From the NCBI RefSeq assembly GCF_009914755.1, contig NC_060934.1: a DNA stretch of 64,000 nt; one strand, 5' to 3'. Made by a program: the position numbers and the translations under genes. Under the pieces are notes generated by a model that saw only the letters and a list, made by a program, of their open reading frames with translations, did no database searches and was not told the origin of the DNA. The stretch is from the human T2T-CHM13v2.0 reference genome, Homo sapiens. Of the stretch, positions 32,826 through 48,054 are shown one piece after another. The stretch's first letter is position 1. Every line of letters starts with the position of its first letter.

Positions 32826-33150
32826 GGCCAGGCGCGGTGGCTCATGCCTGTAATCCCAACATTTTGGGAGGCGGAGGTGGGTGGATCACCTGAGGTCAGG
32901 AATTCGGTAACAGCCTGGCCAACATGGTGAAATCCCATCTCCACTAAAAATATAAAAATTAGCCTGGCTTGGTGGTGCATGCCTGTAATCCCAGCTACTG
33001 GGGAGGCCAAGGCAGGAGAATCGCTTGAACTTAGGAGGTGGAGATTGCAGTGAGTGTGCCATTGCACTCCAGCCTAGGTGACAGAGGGAGACTCCGTCTC
33101 AAAAAAAAAAAAAAAAGAAAAAAGAAAAAGAAAAGAAAAGAAAGGAAAAA
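32826..33150 (+). mobile_element. AluSx
   Basis: Dimer; TSD aaaggaaaaaa. Confidence 0.92.
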
Positions 33151-33491
33151 AATTTCTCTCTACGTTCATACTCCATATGGCACACTTTCGTGACCAGATA
33201 TATGTGAGTTTTTTCCTCATAGACCAAGCGATTCTCCAGTGGACACCAACTGGGTGTCCTGTAATTCAATTTGATTCTGACACTGTTTCAAATAGTGTGA
33301 GATCCCACAGGTTAATGGCACAGTCCCACAAGCCTGCCCCCATTTCAGAAGCCAATCTCAGATCCAGGCCTCCAGTATTGTTGATTGACAGGTTATAAGT
33401 CAGAGGGTCACATCACCCCCTCTTCAGGTTTCGTTAATTTGCTAAATGGCTCACAGAACTCAGAAAACACTTCACTTATGTTTACCAGCTT

Positions 33492-34065
33492 TTTTTATTA
33501 TTTATTATTTATTATTTTTATTATACTTTAAGTTCTAGGGTACCTGTGAACAACATGCAGGTTTGTTACATATGTATACATGTGCCATGTTGGTGTGCTG
33601 CACTGGTTAACTGGTCATTTACATTAGGTATATCTCCTAATGCTATCCCTCCCCCCTCCCCCCACACCACGACAGGCCCCAGTGTGTGACGTTCCCCACC
33701 CTATGTCCAAGCGTTCTCATTGTTCAATTCCCACCTGTGAGTGAGAACATGCAGTGTTAGATTTTCTGTCCTTGCAATAGTTTGCTCAGAATGATGGTTT
33801 CCAGCTTCACCCATGTCCCTGCAAAGGACATGAACTCATCCTTTTTTATGGCTGCATAGTACTCCATGGTGTATATGTGCCACATTTTCTTAATCCAGTC
33901 TATCACTGATGGACATTTGGGTTGGTTCCAAGTCTTTGCTACTGTGAATAATGCCACAATAAACATACTCATGCATGTGTCTTTATAGCAGCATGATTAT
34001 AATCCTTTGGGTATATGCCCAGTAATGGGATGGCTGGGTCAAATGGTATTTCTAGTTCTAGATCC
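33492..34065 (-). mobile_element. 5'-truncated primate L1 (L1PA) 3' end
   Basis: ORF 33757-33972 is the L1 ORF2 C-terminus (FIVALFTVAKTWNQPKCP...WHIYTMEYYAAIKKDEF); L1PA 3' UTR; TSD gtttaccagctt at 33480-33491 and 34066-34077. Confidence 0.95.
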
Positions 34066-34240
34066 GTTTACCAGCTTACTTTAAAGGATACCATGAACAG
34101 TCAGATGAAGAAGTGCAGAGGGCAAGGTATGGGGGAGTGGGTGCAGAACTTCCATGGCCTTTCTGAGCACCCTCGCTCCCAGCACCTCCAAGTGTTCAGC
34201 AACCTGGAACTCATAAAATATCATTGTTTGAGAGTTTTTT

Positions 34241-34535
34241 GGCCAGGTGCAGTGGCTCACACCTGTAATGCCAGTGCTTTGGGAAGCACAAGCAGGAGGA
34301 TTTCTTGAGCCCAGGAGTTCAAGAGCAACCTGTTAGGGAGACCTCATCTCTACAGAAATTTTAAATATTAGCCAGTCATAGCGGTGCATGCCCGTAGTCC
34401 CAGGTACTCAGAAGGCTGAGACAGGACGATCACTTGAGCCCAAGAGGTTGAGGCTGCAGTGAGCTCTGATTGCACTGCTGCACTCCAGCCTGGGCAACAG
34501 AGTGAGACCCTGTCTCAAAAAAAGTTTTTAAAATA
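34241..34535 (+). mobile_element. AluJ
   Basis: Dimer inside MER21. Confidence 0.9.
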
Positions 34536-34872
34536 AAGTTTAATCTCCAGTGGCCCCCATTTCCTGCAGGTTGGTGGGTAGGTCTGAAGTTCTGACCCTC
34601 TACTCCTCTAATCATGTGTTCTTTCTGGTTAGCAGCCCCGTGATGAAACTATCTAGGAACCCCACCCTAAGTCATCTTGTCAGCATAAACTCAGGTGTTA
34701 TCAAAGGGGCTCATTATCAATAACAAAAGACACTAGGGAAATTCTAAGTTTTAGAGCTCTGTAACAGGAACCAGAGACAAAGGCCAAATACATTTCATAT
34801 TACACCACAGTCAGTAATTCCATCCGCAAGGGCTCTACTCTCATGACCTAATCATCTCCTAAGGGCCTTACA

Positions 34873-35097
34873 TCCTAATACCATCACCTTGGGGGTTAGG
34901 ATTTCAACATTTAAATTTGGTGGGGGGACACTGTATTAATCTGTTCTTACACTGCTATAAATGTACTACCTGGGTCTGGGTACCTCCTAATACCATCACC
35001 TTGGGAGTTAGGATTTAAACATTTAAATTTGGCGGGGGGATACTGTATTAATCCGTTCTCACACTGCTATATATATACTACCTGGGTCTGGGTCTGG
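34873..35097 (+). repeat. 112-bp tandem duplication across the MLT1A/MST junction
   Basis: tcctaataccatcaccttggg...ctacctgggtctggg starts at 34873 and 34985. Confidence 0.9.
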
Positions 35098-35433
35098 GTA
35101 ATTTATGAAGGAAAGAGGTTGAATAGACTCACAGTTCCACAAGGCTAGGGAGACCTCAGGAAACTTACAATCATGGTGGAAGGTGAAGGGGAAATGAGGA
35201 CCTTCTTCACACGGCAACAGGAGAGAGAAGTGCAATGGGGAAATGCCAGGCGCTTACAAAGCCATCACATCTTGTGAGAACTCACTATCATGAGAACAGC
35301 GTGGGGGAGACTGTCCCCATGATCCAGTCGCCTCCCTCCCTTGACACGTGGGAATTACAGGTCCCTCCCTCAACACATGGGGATTACAATTTGAGATGAG
35401 ATTTGGGTGTGGACACAAAGCCTCATCATATCA
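35044..35433 (-). mobile_element. MST MaLR solo LTR
   Basis: tgtattaatccgttctcacactgcta...catatca; TSD ga(c/t)ac. Confidence 0.88.
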
Positions 35434-35549
35434 GACACACACATTCAGACCATAGCAACAATTAAACCTATAGTAAGCATGATTTCCTATGATTTCTCTC
35501 GAGTTTTATAGAGCTATCAATGAAGCCAAGCTGCAATTGGGGAGATTAT

Positions 35550-35871
35550 ATTTTCTTTTTCTTTTTCTTTACTGTTTTTTTTTTCTTTTGAGACAGAGTC
35601 TCACTCTTGTCACCCATGCTGGAGTGCAATGGCACGGTCTTCGCTCACTGCAACCTCTGCCTCTGGGTTCAAGGATTCTCTTGCCTCAGCCTCCAGAGTA
35701 GCTGAGATTACAGGCACCTGCCACCACACCCAGCTAATTTTCGTACTTTTTAGTAGAGACAAGATTTCACCATGTTGGCCAGGCTGGTCTCAAACTCCTG
35801 ACCTCAGGTGATCTGCCTGCCTCAGCCTCCCAAAGTGCTGGGATTGCAGGCATGAGCCACCTCACCCAGCT
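35550..35871 (-). mobile_element. AluS
   Basis: Antisense dimer. Confidence 0.92.
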
Positions 35872-36191
35872 GGGGAATTTATATTTTCTAATCATTAATG
35901 AATTGGCCTAAGCAACAATAGAACTGGACTCTTTGTCAATATTGTCGTTATCACTATCCAGTCATATTTACTGGATTAGCAACAGGTTTAATACTCCTCT
36001 ATATCATCAGGGTTTGACTGAGATCTTGAATGCCACTTTGTGGTTGTGATCTCACCATTTGTAGCATAACATTTGCCATTCACTTATACAAATGAAAATC
36101 ATCCTAGAATCATGAAACCAAAAGAAATTTCAAGAGGCCGTTGATTACATTTTACTTGGCATCAGATAGGCCAAAGCTCTCTCCTACCTAC

Positions 36192-37226
<1,035 letters not shown>

Positions 37227-37246
37227 CCACCAGTTGAAAATCTACT

Positions 37247-37385
37247 CTTTTCTTTTTTCTTTTTTAATAGAGACAAAGTCTTGCTATGTTAGCCAGGGTG
37301 ATCTTAAACTCCTGGCCTCAGGTGATCCTCCCGCCTTGGCCTCCCAAAGTGCTGAAATGACAGGTGTGAGCCACCATGCCCAGCC
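37247..37385 (-). mobile_element. FLAM_C
   Basis: Antisense monomer; aaaatctac on both flanks. Confidence 0.82.
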
Positions 37386-37882
37386 AAAAATCTACCCTAT
37401 TTCTAATTGTTCTTTGCACAGTGCTTTTTGATGGTCTTTTGGGTAAATCATCCCATTGTGAGGATATTTAATATTTAACTTAAATTCTTTCTATATGGTA
37501 GCAAAGATATTAGCTGTCTTTCATTTGAAAGCTTTCCTCTACTTTGGGCTCACATTCTGTGCCACTGGCAGAATAAGAAAAGCCTCTTTAAGCCGAAGCT
37601 CACAGAGCTTGTTTTCCAAACCTTTAATCATTTTTATGGCTTTCCTTTAAACTCTCTCCAAGTGTTTCGTCTTCTTTTCGAAGCAAAGCCGAGAATTAAA
37701 TATAATATGTGAAAGGATATGATTAGTACCAAATTTAGGAGACAATTACTGCACAGTTCTTACATTCTGAGCTCTAAGCTCTTTTGTTGATAGCTTTAAA
37801 AAATTATCAGATTTTCTAAACAACAATGAAGGTTCCAAAGAGTAATCTTAAATAGTATACAGTCATATTTTAAAACTTTTTG

Positions 37883-38067
37883 AGCCTGGACATTGTGGCT
37901 CACTCCTGTAATCCCAAAGCAGTTCGGGAGGTCCAGGCAGGAGGATCACTTGATCCCAGGCAGTCAAGGCTGCAATGAGCAATGATGGCACCATTGCACT
38001 CCAGCCTAAGTGACAGAATAAGACTCTGTCTCAAAAAAACAAAAAAGACAAAAACAAAAAACAAAAC
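37883..38067 (+). mobile_element. Alu monomer / deleted Alu
   Basis: Single-arm length; aaaactttt on both flanks. Confidence 0.8.
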
Positions 38068-38609
38068 TTTTATGGCTATGATTCACTTTAGTGGGACAAA
38101 AGGACTCAAAGCCCACCTACCCGCTGAGTGTCACTTCTAGTGGAAAAGCTACTCAAACTGTAGAACAGATCTTAGAAAGAAGTGTAATGATGATTCATAT
38201 TTGAACCACTACACTTTCATGTCTTAAGGTCTAGTTATTGCAAAATTACAGGTTCAAAATAGCTGATATAAATTTACATTACTGCCTACTCTAGAATTAA
38301 CCAAGCAACCCACAACAGCAATCCTATCCTGATGAAGCTACTCCAAAGTACTTGATACTTAACAATTGTTGGAAAATGTTGCCTTTCATTTCATTTTACA
38401 AGAGCCAGATGTCCCCTTGCCAGCAATGCTTCATAAGAAACCTGCAACAGACACATGCATTTTCCTTCAAAACACAGATTAAAAACTTAAAAGAAAAAAC
38501 AAGCACTATAAACAAAGACAGATATACCATATCTTATTTTATGAATTAATATAAGTTTAAAATTTTATTGATAAAACGTAGATCCGTTCTTATTTTCTCA
38601 GTATCATTC

Positions 38610-39195
38610 TGTGAACCCAAAAGTATCTGAGACAGATCTCCATCAATTTAGAAATTTTATTTTACCAAGGTTAAGGACATGCCTATGACACGGCCTTAGG
38701 TGGTATCTGCCCAAGTTGGTCAAATACAGCTTGGTTTTAAACATTTTAGGGAGACGTGAGACATCAATCAATACATGTAAGATGTACATTGGTTCAGTCC
38801 AGAAAGGCAGGACAACTCAAAGTGGGGAGGGGGCTCCAGGTCATAGGTAGATTTTAAAGTTTTCTGGTTGTCAATTGGTTGAAAGAATTACTGTCAATAG
38901 AAAGGAATGTATGAGCTACGAAAAGGGGTTGTTGAGACCAAGGTTTTATCAAGCGGCTGAAGTCTCTAGGTAGCAGCCTTCAGAGAGAATAGATTGCAAA
39001 TGTTTCTTATCAGATTTAAAGAGTCTGTTCTATCAGTAATTCCAAAAAGGAGGAGGGTATAATGAGGCATGTCTGGCTCCTGCTTCCCATCATGGCCTGA
39101 ACTAGTTTTTTCAGGTTTACTATGGAACACCCTTGGCTGAGAGGAGAGTCCATTCAGATGGTTAGGAGGGCTTAGAATTTTACTTTTGATTTACA
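38610..39195 (-). mobile_element. MER4A-type ERV1 solo LTR
   Basis: tgtgaacccaaaagtatctgagacag...gatttaca; TSD attc at 38606-38609 and 39196-39199. Confidence 0.85.
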
Positions 39196-39324
39196 ATTCA
39201 AAATGGAATTCAAGGAAGAAAAATACAACTCAGTAGGAAAACAAGCTCACTTATGAATATATCAACCTTTGAAAGCATGTACCTTAGGGTATATGCTATT
39301 TCTTGTTTAAAATGTTAACATTCT

Positions 39325-39630
39325 GCCAGAAGTGGTGGCTCAGGCCTGTAATCCCAACACTTTGGGAGGCTGAGGCAGGATGACTGCTTGAGCCCAAGAG
39401 TTTGAGGCCAGCCTGAAAAACATAGGGAGACCCTTATCTCTACAAAAAAAATTTAAAAAAATAGTTGGGCATGGTGATGCATGCCTGTGGTCTTACCTAC
39501 TCGGGAGGCCGAGGTAGGAGGATTGCCTGAGCCTGGAAGCTGGAGCCTGCAGTGAGCTATGATCATGTCCCTGTACTCTAGCCTGGGCAACAGTGAGACC
39601 CTTTCTCTAAAAATAAAAAATAAAATAAAA
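39325..39630 (+). mobile_element. AluJ
   Basis: TSD taaaatgttaacattc. Confidence 0.9.
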
Positions 39631-39871
39631 TGTTAACATTCATATAAGCTAAGTACAATACAATCAATCTGGCAGGTATTTCTTACATTTAGAAAAATAT
39701 TCTAGATTCAAAGGAAAAACCATCATCGATAACTCATTTGAACTCAATGATGTGGACTGCAGTTTCTGTGAATACTCTCTTCCCAATGTTGCATAGCTCG
39801 TAATACGTATACTGGGTTGCCCAAACTGTATATCCTGATGTTTTGGGAGTATATCTGGTTTTCACAAATGA

Positions 39872-40048
<177 letters not shown>

Positions 40049-40233
40049 TCTATTGTTGTTGTTTTTAAAGTAAAACAAAGATAGAAAAACACACAGTAGT
40101 CAAGAAATCAAATTAAGCATTAAAAAAAAAATTTCCTGAAAGTCATCATATATATTTTTAGTGATTTCCCTGAATTTTAATGTCATAAATTAGTCTTTTA
40201 GTGTACACATTTCTAAAAGAAAAGGCAAAATAT

Positions 40234-40545
40234 GGCCAGGTATGGTATCTCATGCCTGTAATCTCAGTATTTTGGGAAGCTGAGATGGGTGGATGGGTTA
40301 AGCACAGGAGTTCCAGACCAGCCTGGGCAATACAGCGAGACCATGTATCTACCAAAAAAAATCCCCCAAATTTGGCTGGGCATGGTGGCACACAACTGTA
40401 ATTCCAGCTATTTGGTGGGCTGAGGTGGGAGGATTGCTTGAGCCCAGGAGGTTGAGGCTTCAGTGAGCCAGGCTCGTGTTACCATACTCCAGCCTGCGTG
40501 AAATCGAGACCCTGTCTCAAACAAACAAACAAACAAACAAATAAA
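40234..40545 (+). mobile_element. AluJ
   Basis: Dimer with (AAAC)n tail. Confidence 0.9.
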
Positions 40546-41104
40546 AGGTAAAATATATTCAATTTATTTGGTGCCTACCTGACTCTCATTTTCACAGGTT
40601 TTTTTGTTTGTTTGTTTGTTTTAGGTTCCAGCCAAGGCACCTGGTCTTTCTCACCATATCAACTCTCTATGCACCCAGTCTCCCAACCCAGGGAATCTAC
40701 TCATTGCCCACTCACCTTCTCTTAACACCCCTGCCCACCCTCATCCCTAAGTGCTCCTCTTTTCCTTGGTTAAAAATATCTGTGATGCAAAAATCTAAGA
40801 ATACATGAAACCTAGGCTGGAAGAGGAACAAGGAATTTTTCTTAAGGAGAGCTAAAAGGGTTCACATAATTAAAAGCTGGAGAAAAAAAGGAAGTGAGAA
40901 AAAAAAAAAGAAAGAAAGAAAGGGAAGGAAGGAGGAAGGGAAGTAGGGAGGCCAGAGAAATTGACCTGGGTATTACAGAGAGAGACTCTCTTTCTTGATT
41001 AGGGGGTATGTGTGGTCAGAGGGCCTTTGGAGCCAGTGAGATGGTAGAAAATTGTGAAAAGAGGAGGACTGAAGAATTATTTCTGGGATATATTTACTGG
41101 ATAA

Positions 41105-41454
<350 letters not shown>

Positions 41455-41500
41455 TAGGCAAAGTTAAAAGACAGGAAATAGTTTTAAAAACTAATATTGG

Positions 41501-42820
<1,320 letters not shown>

Positions 42821-43087
42821 GTAATTGACCAAACAGAACCATGTGCCTCCAAGATGCCTAAGGATTATCCTTAAAACAAAGACAGAAGCTAGAGTGTTAC
42901 TTTTCTGATATGTTTCATCTGTTTAGAAGTCCCCTTGAGGAAGCACTGTAGTCTCTAGTCTGACTGACAGACCTGCTGCCAAACCCCACCTCCATGCCTC
43001 TTACCTGCTTGATCTCGGGCAAGCTTCTTCACCTCTCTAAGACTCATCAGAAAACTGGTTGTAACAGGATTAAGTGAGAACATCCTT

Positions 43088-43243
43088 GGTTGGGCGTGGC
43101 AGCTCACACCTATAATCCCAATGCTTTGGGAATTGAGGTGGAAGGATCCCCTTGAGACCAGGAGTTCAAGACCAGCCCAGGCAACCTACAACATAGCAAG
43201 ATGCTGTCTGCAAAAAAAAAAGAAAAAGAAAAAGAAAAAAAAG
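43088..43243 (+). mobile_element. FLAM_C
   Basis: Monomer; acatcctt on both flanks. Confidence 0.82.
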
Positions 43244-43721
43244 ATGACATCCTTGAGGCACATTTGGTACCATGCCTGGTATACAGCAGGAATCCATGAA
43301 AGTGGCATTTAAAGCCACTTCTGGCTTTGACCTATTTCCATATTCACATTTTAGGCTAAAGATTGTAGAATCATTGAGCTGAAGGAATATGTGGTCATTT
43401 CATAGAACATACTATTTAGGAGAACAAACTTTGGAGTCAAAGAGACCAGGGTGCTCTCCTCCCTTCATCCCCGACCAGGTGGGTCATGAGGGGTAGTCAC
43501 TTATCTCAGCATCCTCAGTTATAAGACGGCAGTAATAGCAGTAACTAAATCATTGTACCATTATAAGGATAAAATGAGAAAAATACACAAAAATATCACC
43601 CAGCAAGTTGATGATTTTCTCCAAGTGCTGTGCCTCAAACTTACATTGAACTTCATTCTATTTTCAACGATTTCTCTAATTTACTGAGGTTCCGAATGTT
43701 GCCAAATGAAAGTGAAATTTT

Positions 43722-43886
43722 ATTAGCCTGGTGTGGTGGCACCTGCCTGTGGTCCCAGCTCCTCAGGGCAGGCTGAGGTGGGAAGATTGCATGAGCCTGA
43801 GAGTTCAGGTTGCAGTAAGCTGTTATCACACCACTGCACTCCAGCTTGGGAGATAGAATGAGACTCTGTCTCAAAAGAAAAAAAAA
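43722..43886 (+). mobile_element. Alu right arm
   Basis: Single arm; aaagtga on both flanks. Confidence 0.82.
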
Positions 43887-44392
43887 GTGATATTTGTAAT
43901 TATTTGGTACATTTAGAATTAGTTTTAAAAATTTTTCTGCATTAAGGGAAGAACAAATATTTTTTTCCTTTCTACTCACATGCTCAATGAAAGATAGAAC
44001 GCAGAACACACTTCTGTGACCAGGTGTGGGTTTTTCCCTACACACCAGCCAACTGGCTGTCCTGTAATTCAATTCAATTCTGACACTATCTACCTGAGGT
44101 CTCAGTCCACAAAGACTTTAGATCCCAATCTCAAGTCCAGGCCACCCATTCTGACTTACTAGCCACAAACCAGAGCTCCAACAGTCCCCACTTGGGTTCA
44201 ACTAATTTGCTAGGACAGCTCCCAGAACTCAGAGAAATACCTAGGTTTACCAGTTTATTATAAAGGATATTAGCAAGCATACAGATGAAGAGATGCAGAG
44301 GGTGAGTTTTGGAGGAGGGAGAGCAGAGCTTCCATTGTCCCAGAGTTTTTACAGAGTTTAATCTCCAGTGCCTCTGACGACCCTTTCCCTGG

Positions 44393-44500
44393 AGGTGGAT
44401 GGGAGGGGCTGAATGTTCTGATACTTTAAGGTTGGTGGGAGGGGCTGAATGTTCTGATACTTGAAGGTTGGTGGGTGCGGCTGAATGTTCTGATACTTTA
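44393..44500 (+). repeat. 36-bp minisatellite, 3 copies
   Basis: gctgaatgttctgatactt starts at 44408, 44444 and 44480. Confidence 0.92.
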
Positions 44501-44618
44501 GTCCTCTAATCACTTGTTCTTTCTAGCAACTGGTTGGCCCCATCTTGAAGTTATCTAGGGACCCCGCCATAAGTCACCTCATTATCATAAACTCAGGTGT
44601 GATAAAAAGTGCTTGTGG

Positions 44619-44932
44619 GGCCAGGCCAAGTGGCTCACGCCTGTAACCCCAGTATTATGGGAGGCCGAGGTGAGAGGATCACTTGAGCCCAGGAGTTCAA
44701 GACCAGCCTGGGCAACGTGGTGAGACCTTGTCTCTTAAAAAAAAAAAAAAAAATTAGCCATGTGTGGTGATGTGCACCTGTAGTGCCAGCTACCCAAGAG
44801 GTTGAGGTGGGAGGATCACTTAAGCCTGGGAGTTCGAGGCTGCAGTGAGCAGTTTGTGTCAAACTGCTGCCTGGGTGGCAGAGCAAGACCCTGTCTCAAA
44901 ACAAACAAACAAACAAACAAAAAACAAAAAAA
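44619..44932 (+). mobile_element. AluJ
   Basis: Dimer. Confidence 0.9.
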
Positions 44933-45289
44933 CCCAGCAGTGGTGAATTTCCTATCACTCAGGAAATTCTGAGGTGTTCAACAACTTTGTATAATAACCA
45001 AATATTATAACAGAAGATGCTCCTATCACCATTATCACTTGGGCAATTACAAGGGATTTAGGAGCTCCATGTCAGGAACTGGGGACAAAGCCCAAATGTA
45101 TTTCATATTATACCAGTTTGTCTCATTGTGCAACTGATTTTATTTTCACTGGAGAGAGTTGTGTTAACTTCTGCTTTGATTCCATTTATATGGCTGGTGC
45201 TCACCTTTCAGACTTGGGCCTTCAAATGTAAAATGTAATTATCACCCACACAAAATCATACAATTATTGTGTTGTTTCTGGCACTTTTT

Positions 45290-45722
45290 TTTTCTTTTCT
45301 TCATGTCAGACAGGTAATGTGCTGATGTCATAATGAGGTTCAAGGGTGGCAGGTTTCTTTTTTTCTTTTTTTTTTTTTGACAGAGTCTAGCTCTATTGTC
45401 CAGGCTGGAGTACAGTGGTGAGATCATGGCTCACTGCAGCCTCCACCTCCTGGGTCAAGGGATCCTCCCACTTCTGCCTCCTATATAGCTGGGACCACAG
45501 GTGCACACCATCATGTCTGGCTAATTTTTATATTCTTTGTAGAGACAAGTTCTCACTTTGTTGCGGAGGCTGGGCTCAAACTCCTGGGCTTAAGCCATCC
45601 TCCTGCCTCAGCTTTCCACAGTGCAGGGATTACAGGTGGGAGCCACCACACCTGCCAGGGTGGCACATCTCACACATATGCATGAATACCCAGTCATCAC
45701 GCTTATGAACTACTAAAGGATC
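45290..45722 (-). pseudogene. U13 (SNORD13) C/D snoRNA retrocopy, split by an Alu
   Basis: Minus strand reads GATCCTTTAGTAGTTCATAAGCGTGATGACTGGGTATTCATGCATATGTGTGAGATGTGCCACCC[Alu]TTGAACCTCATTATGACATCAGCACATTACCTGTCTGAC, then an A-rich tail, matching U13. TSD tctggcacttttt at 45277-45289 and 45723-45735. Confidence 0.9.
45353..45656 (-). mobile_element. AluJ inserted in the U13 retrocopy
   Basis: Dimeric Alu; TSD agggtggca at 45343-45351 and 45657-45665. Confidence 0.92.
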
Positions 45723-47416
45723 TCTGGCACTTTTTAAAAAGCCCAATAAGACAACAATTTCAGTTGAAGTCACAGTAAAATGTGACAAAAGATCTGAGAA
45801 ATGTGCCTACTGGAGTCTCTGGACTGTTTCTTGACCGTCACACCCATCTCTCCCTTTCTTCCTGGAGGAGCACTTGACAAAGAGAGGTGAGTCCAGGTCA
45901 CTCATAGACACAGCCACATGGAGCTCGACTCTGTCCTGGCAGCAGACATGCAGAGTCCAAGGCCAAGAGCAGCGGGAATAGGGACTGACGTGACATTTGG
46001 ATTCGGACTGGTACAGTTTGGAGAGATTAAGGGCCAGATACTCAGATTCACTTTCTTACCCTCTTCCAAGGGCATTATTTAATAGTCTGTTTACACATCT
46101 AACACTTGCTTGCTCTAATAATAGCCATGGGTCTGAATCACCCTTGTCACTGAGTGTTACACAGAGTCCTCAGCTGTTTCTATGACTTGCATGGTTGGTG
46201 TTCAGCGTTATCTGGAAACCTCTAAGAATGTGCAGGGTAATCAGTGATTTTAATTTTAGCTATGCATGACGTGAGGGATCTTCTATGTATTTCTATTGAC
46301 CTGTCTTTAAAACATGTTGTATAACGATGAGAGGAATTCCACAGAAAAACTTCAATAAGAATCCCTACACAATACATATGTAACTATATACAAATGTGAC
46401 TTAAATATATTAATAGAAAATGTATATTACTATTATTACTGCTCTACATACAATCAATTTTCGGACATAATCGAGACAGACACCTGTATAAATGAGAACT
46501 TATTCAGTGGGCTTCTGGGGTACTAAGAATATTCAGTTTCTTGATCTGGGTGCTAGCTCCATAAATATATTCAGTTTGTGAAAATTTACTGGACCAAAGA
46601 CTTATAATATATGCCCTTTTCTGTATTGTGTTATACTTCCACAAAGAGTTTTAAACATTTACTATGTAATTTAAGTTTTTTGAGGAAAAAATTGAGCAAT
46701 TGCAACTATATATCATACACATATGACAATCCATATTTCAGCTACATCCAAGATCAAATTATTTTTGAAAATTTTGCAAAGTTCAATAGACCTAAATCTC
46801 TCATTTAAAGGGGACTCTGTTTTATCTTTCCCAACTTTCCCCCCAAAAACAAAAATAACATTTCTCTCCTCCTCACAATTACAGAGATGTAATAAATCAA
46901 CTTTTAAAATAATCCTCTCTTTAGTCATATGTATTTTGTTGTAAAATTCCACATTTTTTGGAAAGTGTGGGAAAATAGGCTCTCTAATTCATTGTTGATG
47001 GAGTACAAATTAGTATAAACTCTGCAGATCAATTTGAAGCTATCTATAAAAATGTAAAATGTTCATGAATTTGATCAAGCAACTTTACTTAAGAATTATT
47101 TCATATCATTGGAAGTGAAGTCATTGAAAATAATGATAATAATAAGAAGAACGATCCCAGAAATACACTGAGAAGTCTGTAGCATTTTTGTTATTTAGTC
47201 ATTCATACACTCAACATTCAGCTGACATATATTTAATGAGTACCTGCTGTGTAGTAGGTGGAGTGCTGGGTTCTGGGGACATACTGATGATCAAAACAGC
47301 TGCAGTCCCAGCTCTGGAGGACTCTTAGAATGTCTATATGCCAGTTGGAAATATAATTATCAAAATATGAATCACACGATTTTTTACTGTTACACATTTA
47401 ATTTAAAATTACAAAG

Positions 47417-47665
47417 CCTCTAATCCCAGCACTTCAGGAAGCCAAAAAAGGAGGATCACTTGAGTTCAGGAATTCGAGGCCAGCCTGGACATCAGAGTGA
47501 GACCTCGTCTCTACAAAAACATAAAAGGCTGAAGTGGGAGGATCACTAGAGCCGAGGAGATTGAGGCTGCAGTGAGCTGTGATGGCACCACTCACTCCAA
47601 CCTGAGTGACAGAAAAAGACCTAGATTCTAAAAAATAAAAAATAATAAAATAAAATAAAATTACA
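47417..47665 (+). mobile_element. AluJ with deletions
   Basis: taaaattacaaa on both flanks. Confidence 0.85.
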
Positions 47666-47836
47666 AAAGAAACCAATGACAAATTATTCAAATGATTTTA
47701 ATTATTATTCCATTTCAATGAAGACAAATGTATAGAACATGTATAGAGAAAATTTAGAAGACATTAATAGGGTTATTATCTGTGGATGGGGTTATGAAGG
47801 ACTATCACTTAGGATACTTATTTCTTACTTAAATCA

Positions 47837-47977
47837 GAGGCAGGGTCTTGCTATGTTGCCCAGGCTGGAGTGCCATGGTTATTCACAGGCTTCGTCCTTG
47901 AACTTCTGGGCTCAAGCATCCTCCTGCCTCAGCCCCCCAAGTAGCTGGAACTATAGGTATGTACCACTATGCCCAGT
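47837..47977 (-). mobile_element. FAM-like monomer
   Basis: Contains tggttattcacaggc, the FAM-type segment. Confidence 0.7.
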
Positions 47978-48054
47978 TTAAAATGTTTGAATTTTTAATG
48001 ATTACTTATAATTTTGTGTCTGGATATACATGTACATGGCACATTTCTAATTGT

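Larger units (their letters stand above)
32811..34809 (-). mobile_element. MER21-type LTR nested in MLT1A
   Basis: gacaccaactgggtgtcctgtaattcaatt...catttcatattacaccaca. Confidence 0.75.
32594..35457 (-). mobile_element. MLT1A-type LTR hosting a nested stack (MER21, L1PA, Alus, MST)
   Basis: Pieces at 32594-32810, 34810-34931 and 35434-35457; TSD a(t/c)aat. Confidence 0.8.
43940..45116 (-). mobile_element. MER21-type LTR with an Alu and an internal minisatellite
   Basis: acacttctgtgaccaggtgtggg...tttcatattatacca; homologous to 32811-34809. Confidence 0.75.

Noticed and set aside
33757-33972. ORF with real protein homology
   Set aside because: It is the C-terminus of L1 ORF2 in a 5'-truncated L1PA, not a host gene.
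44393-44500. CRISPR-like periodic repeat
   Set aside because: Head-to-tail units without unique spacers, in a primate LTR.
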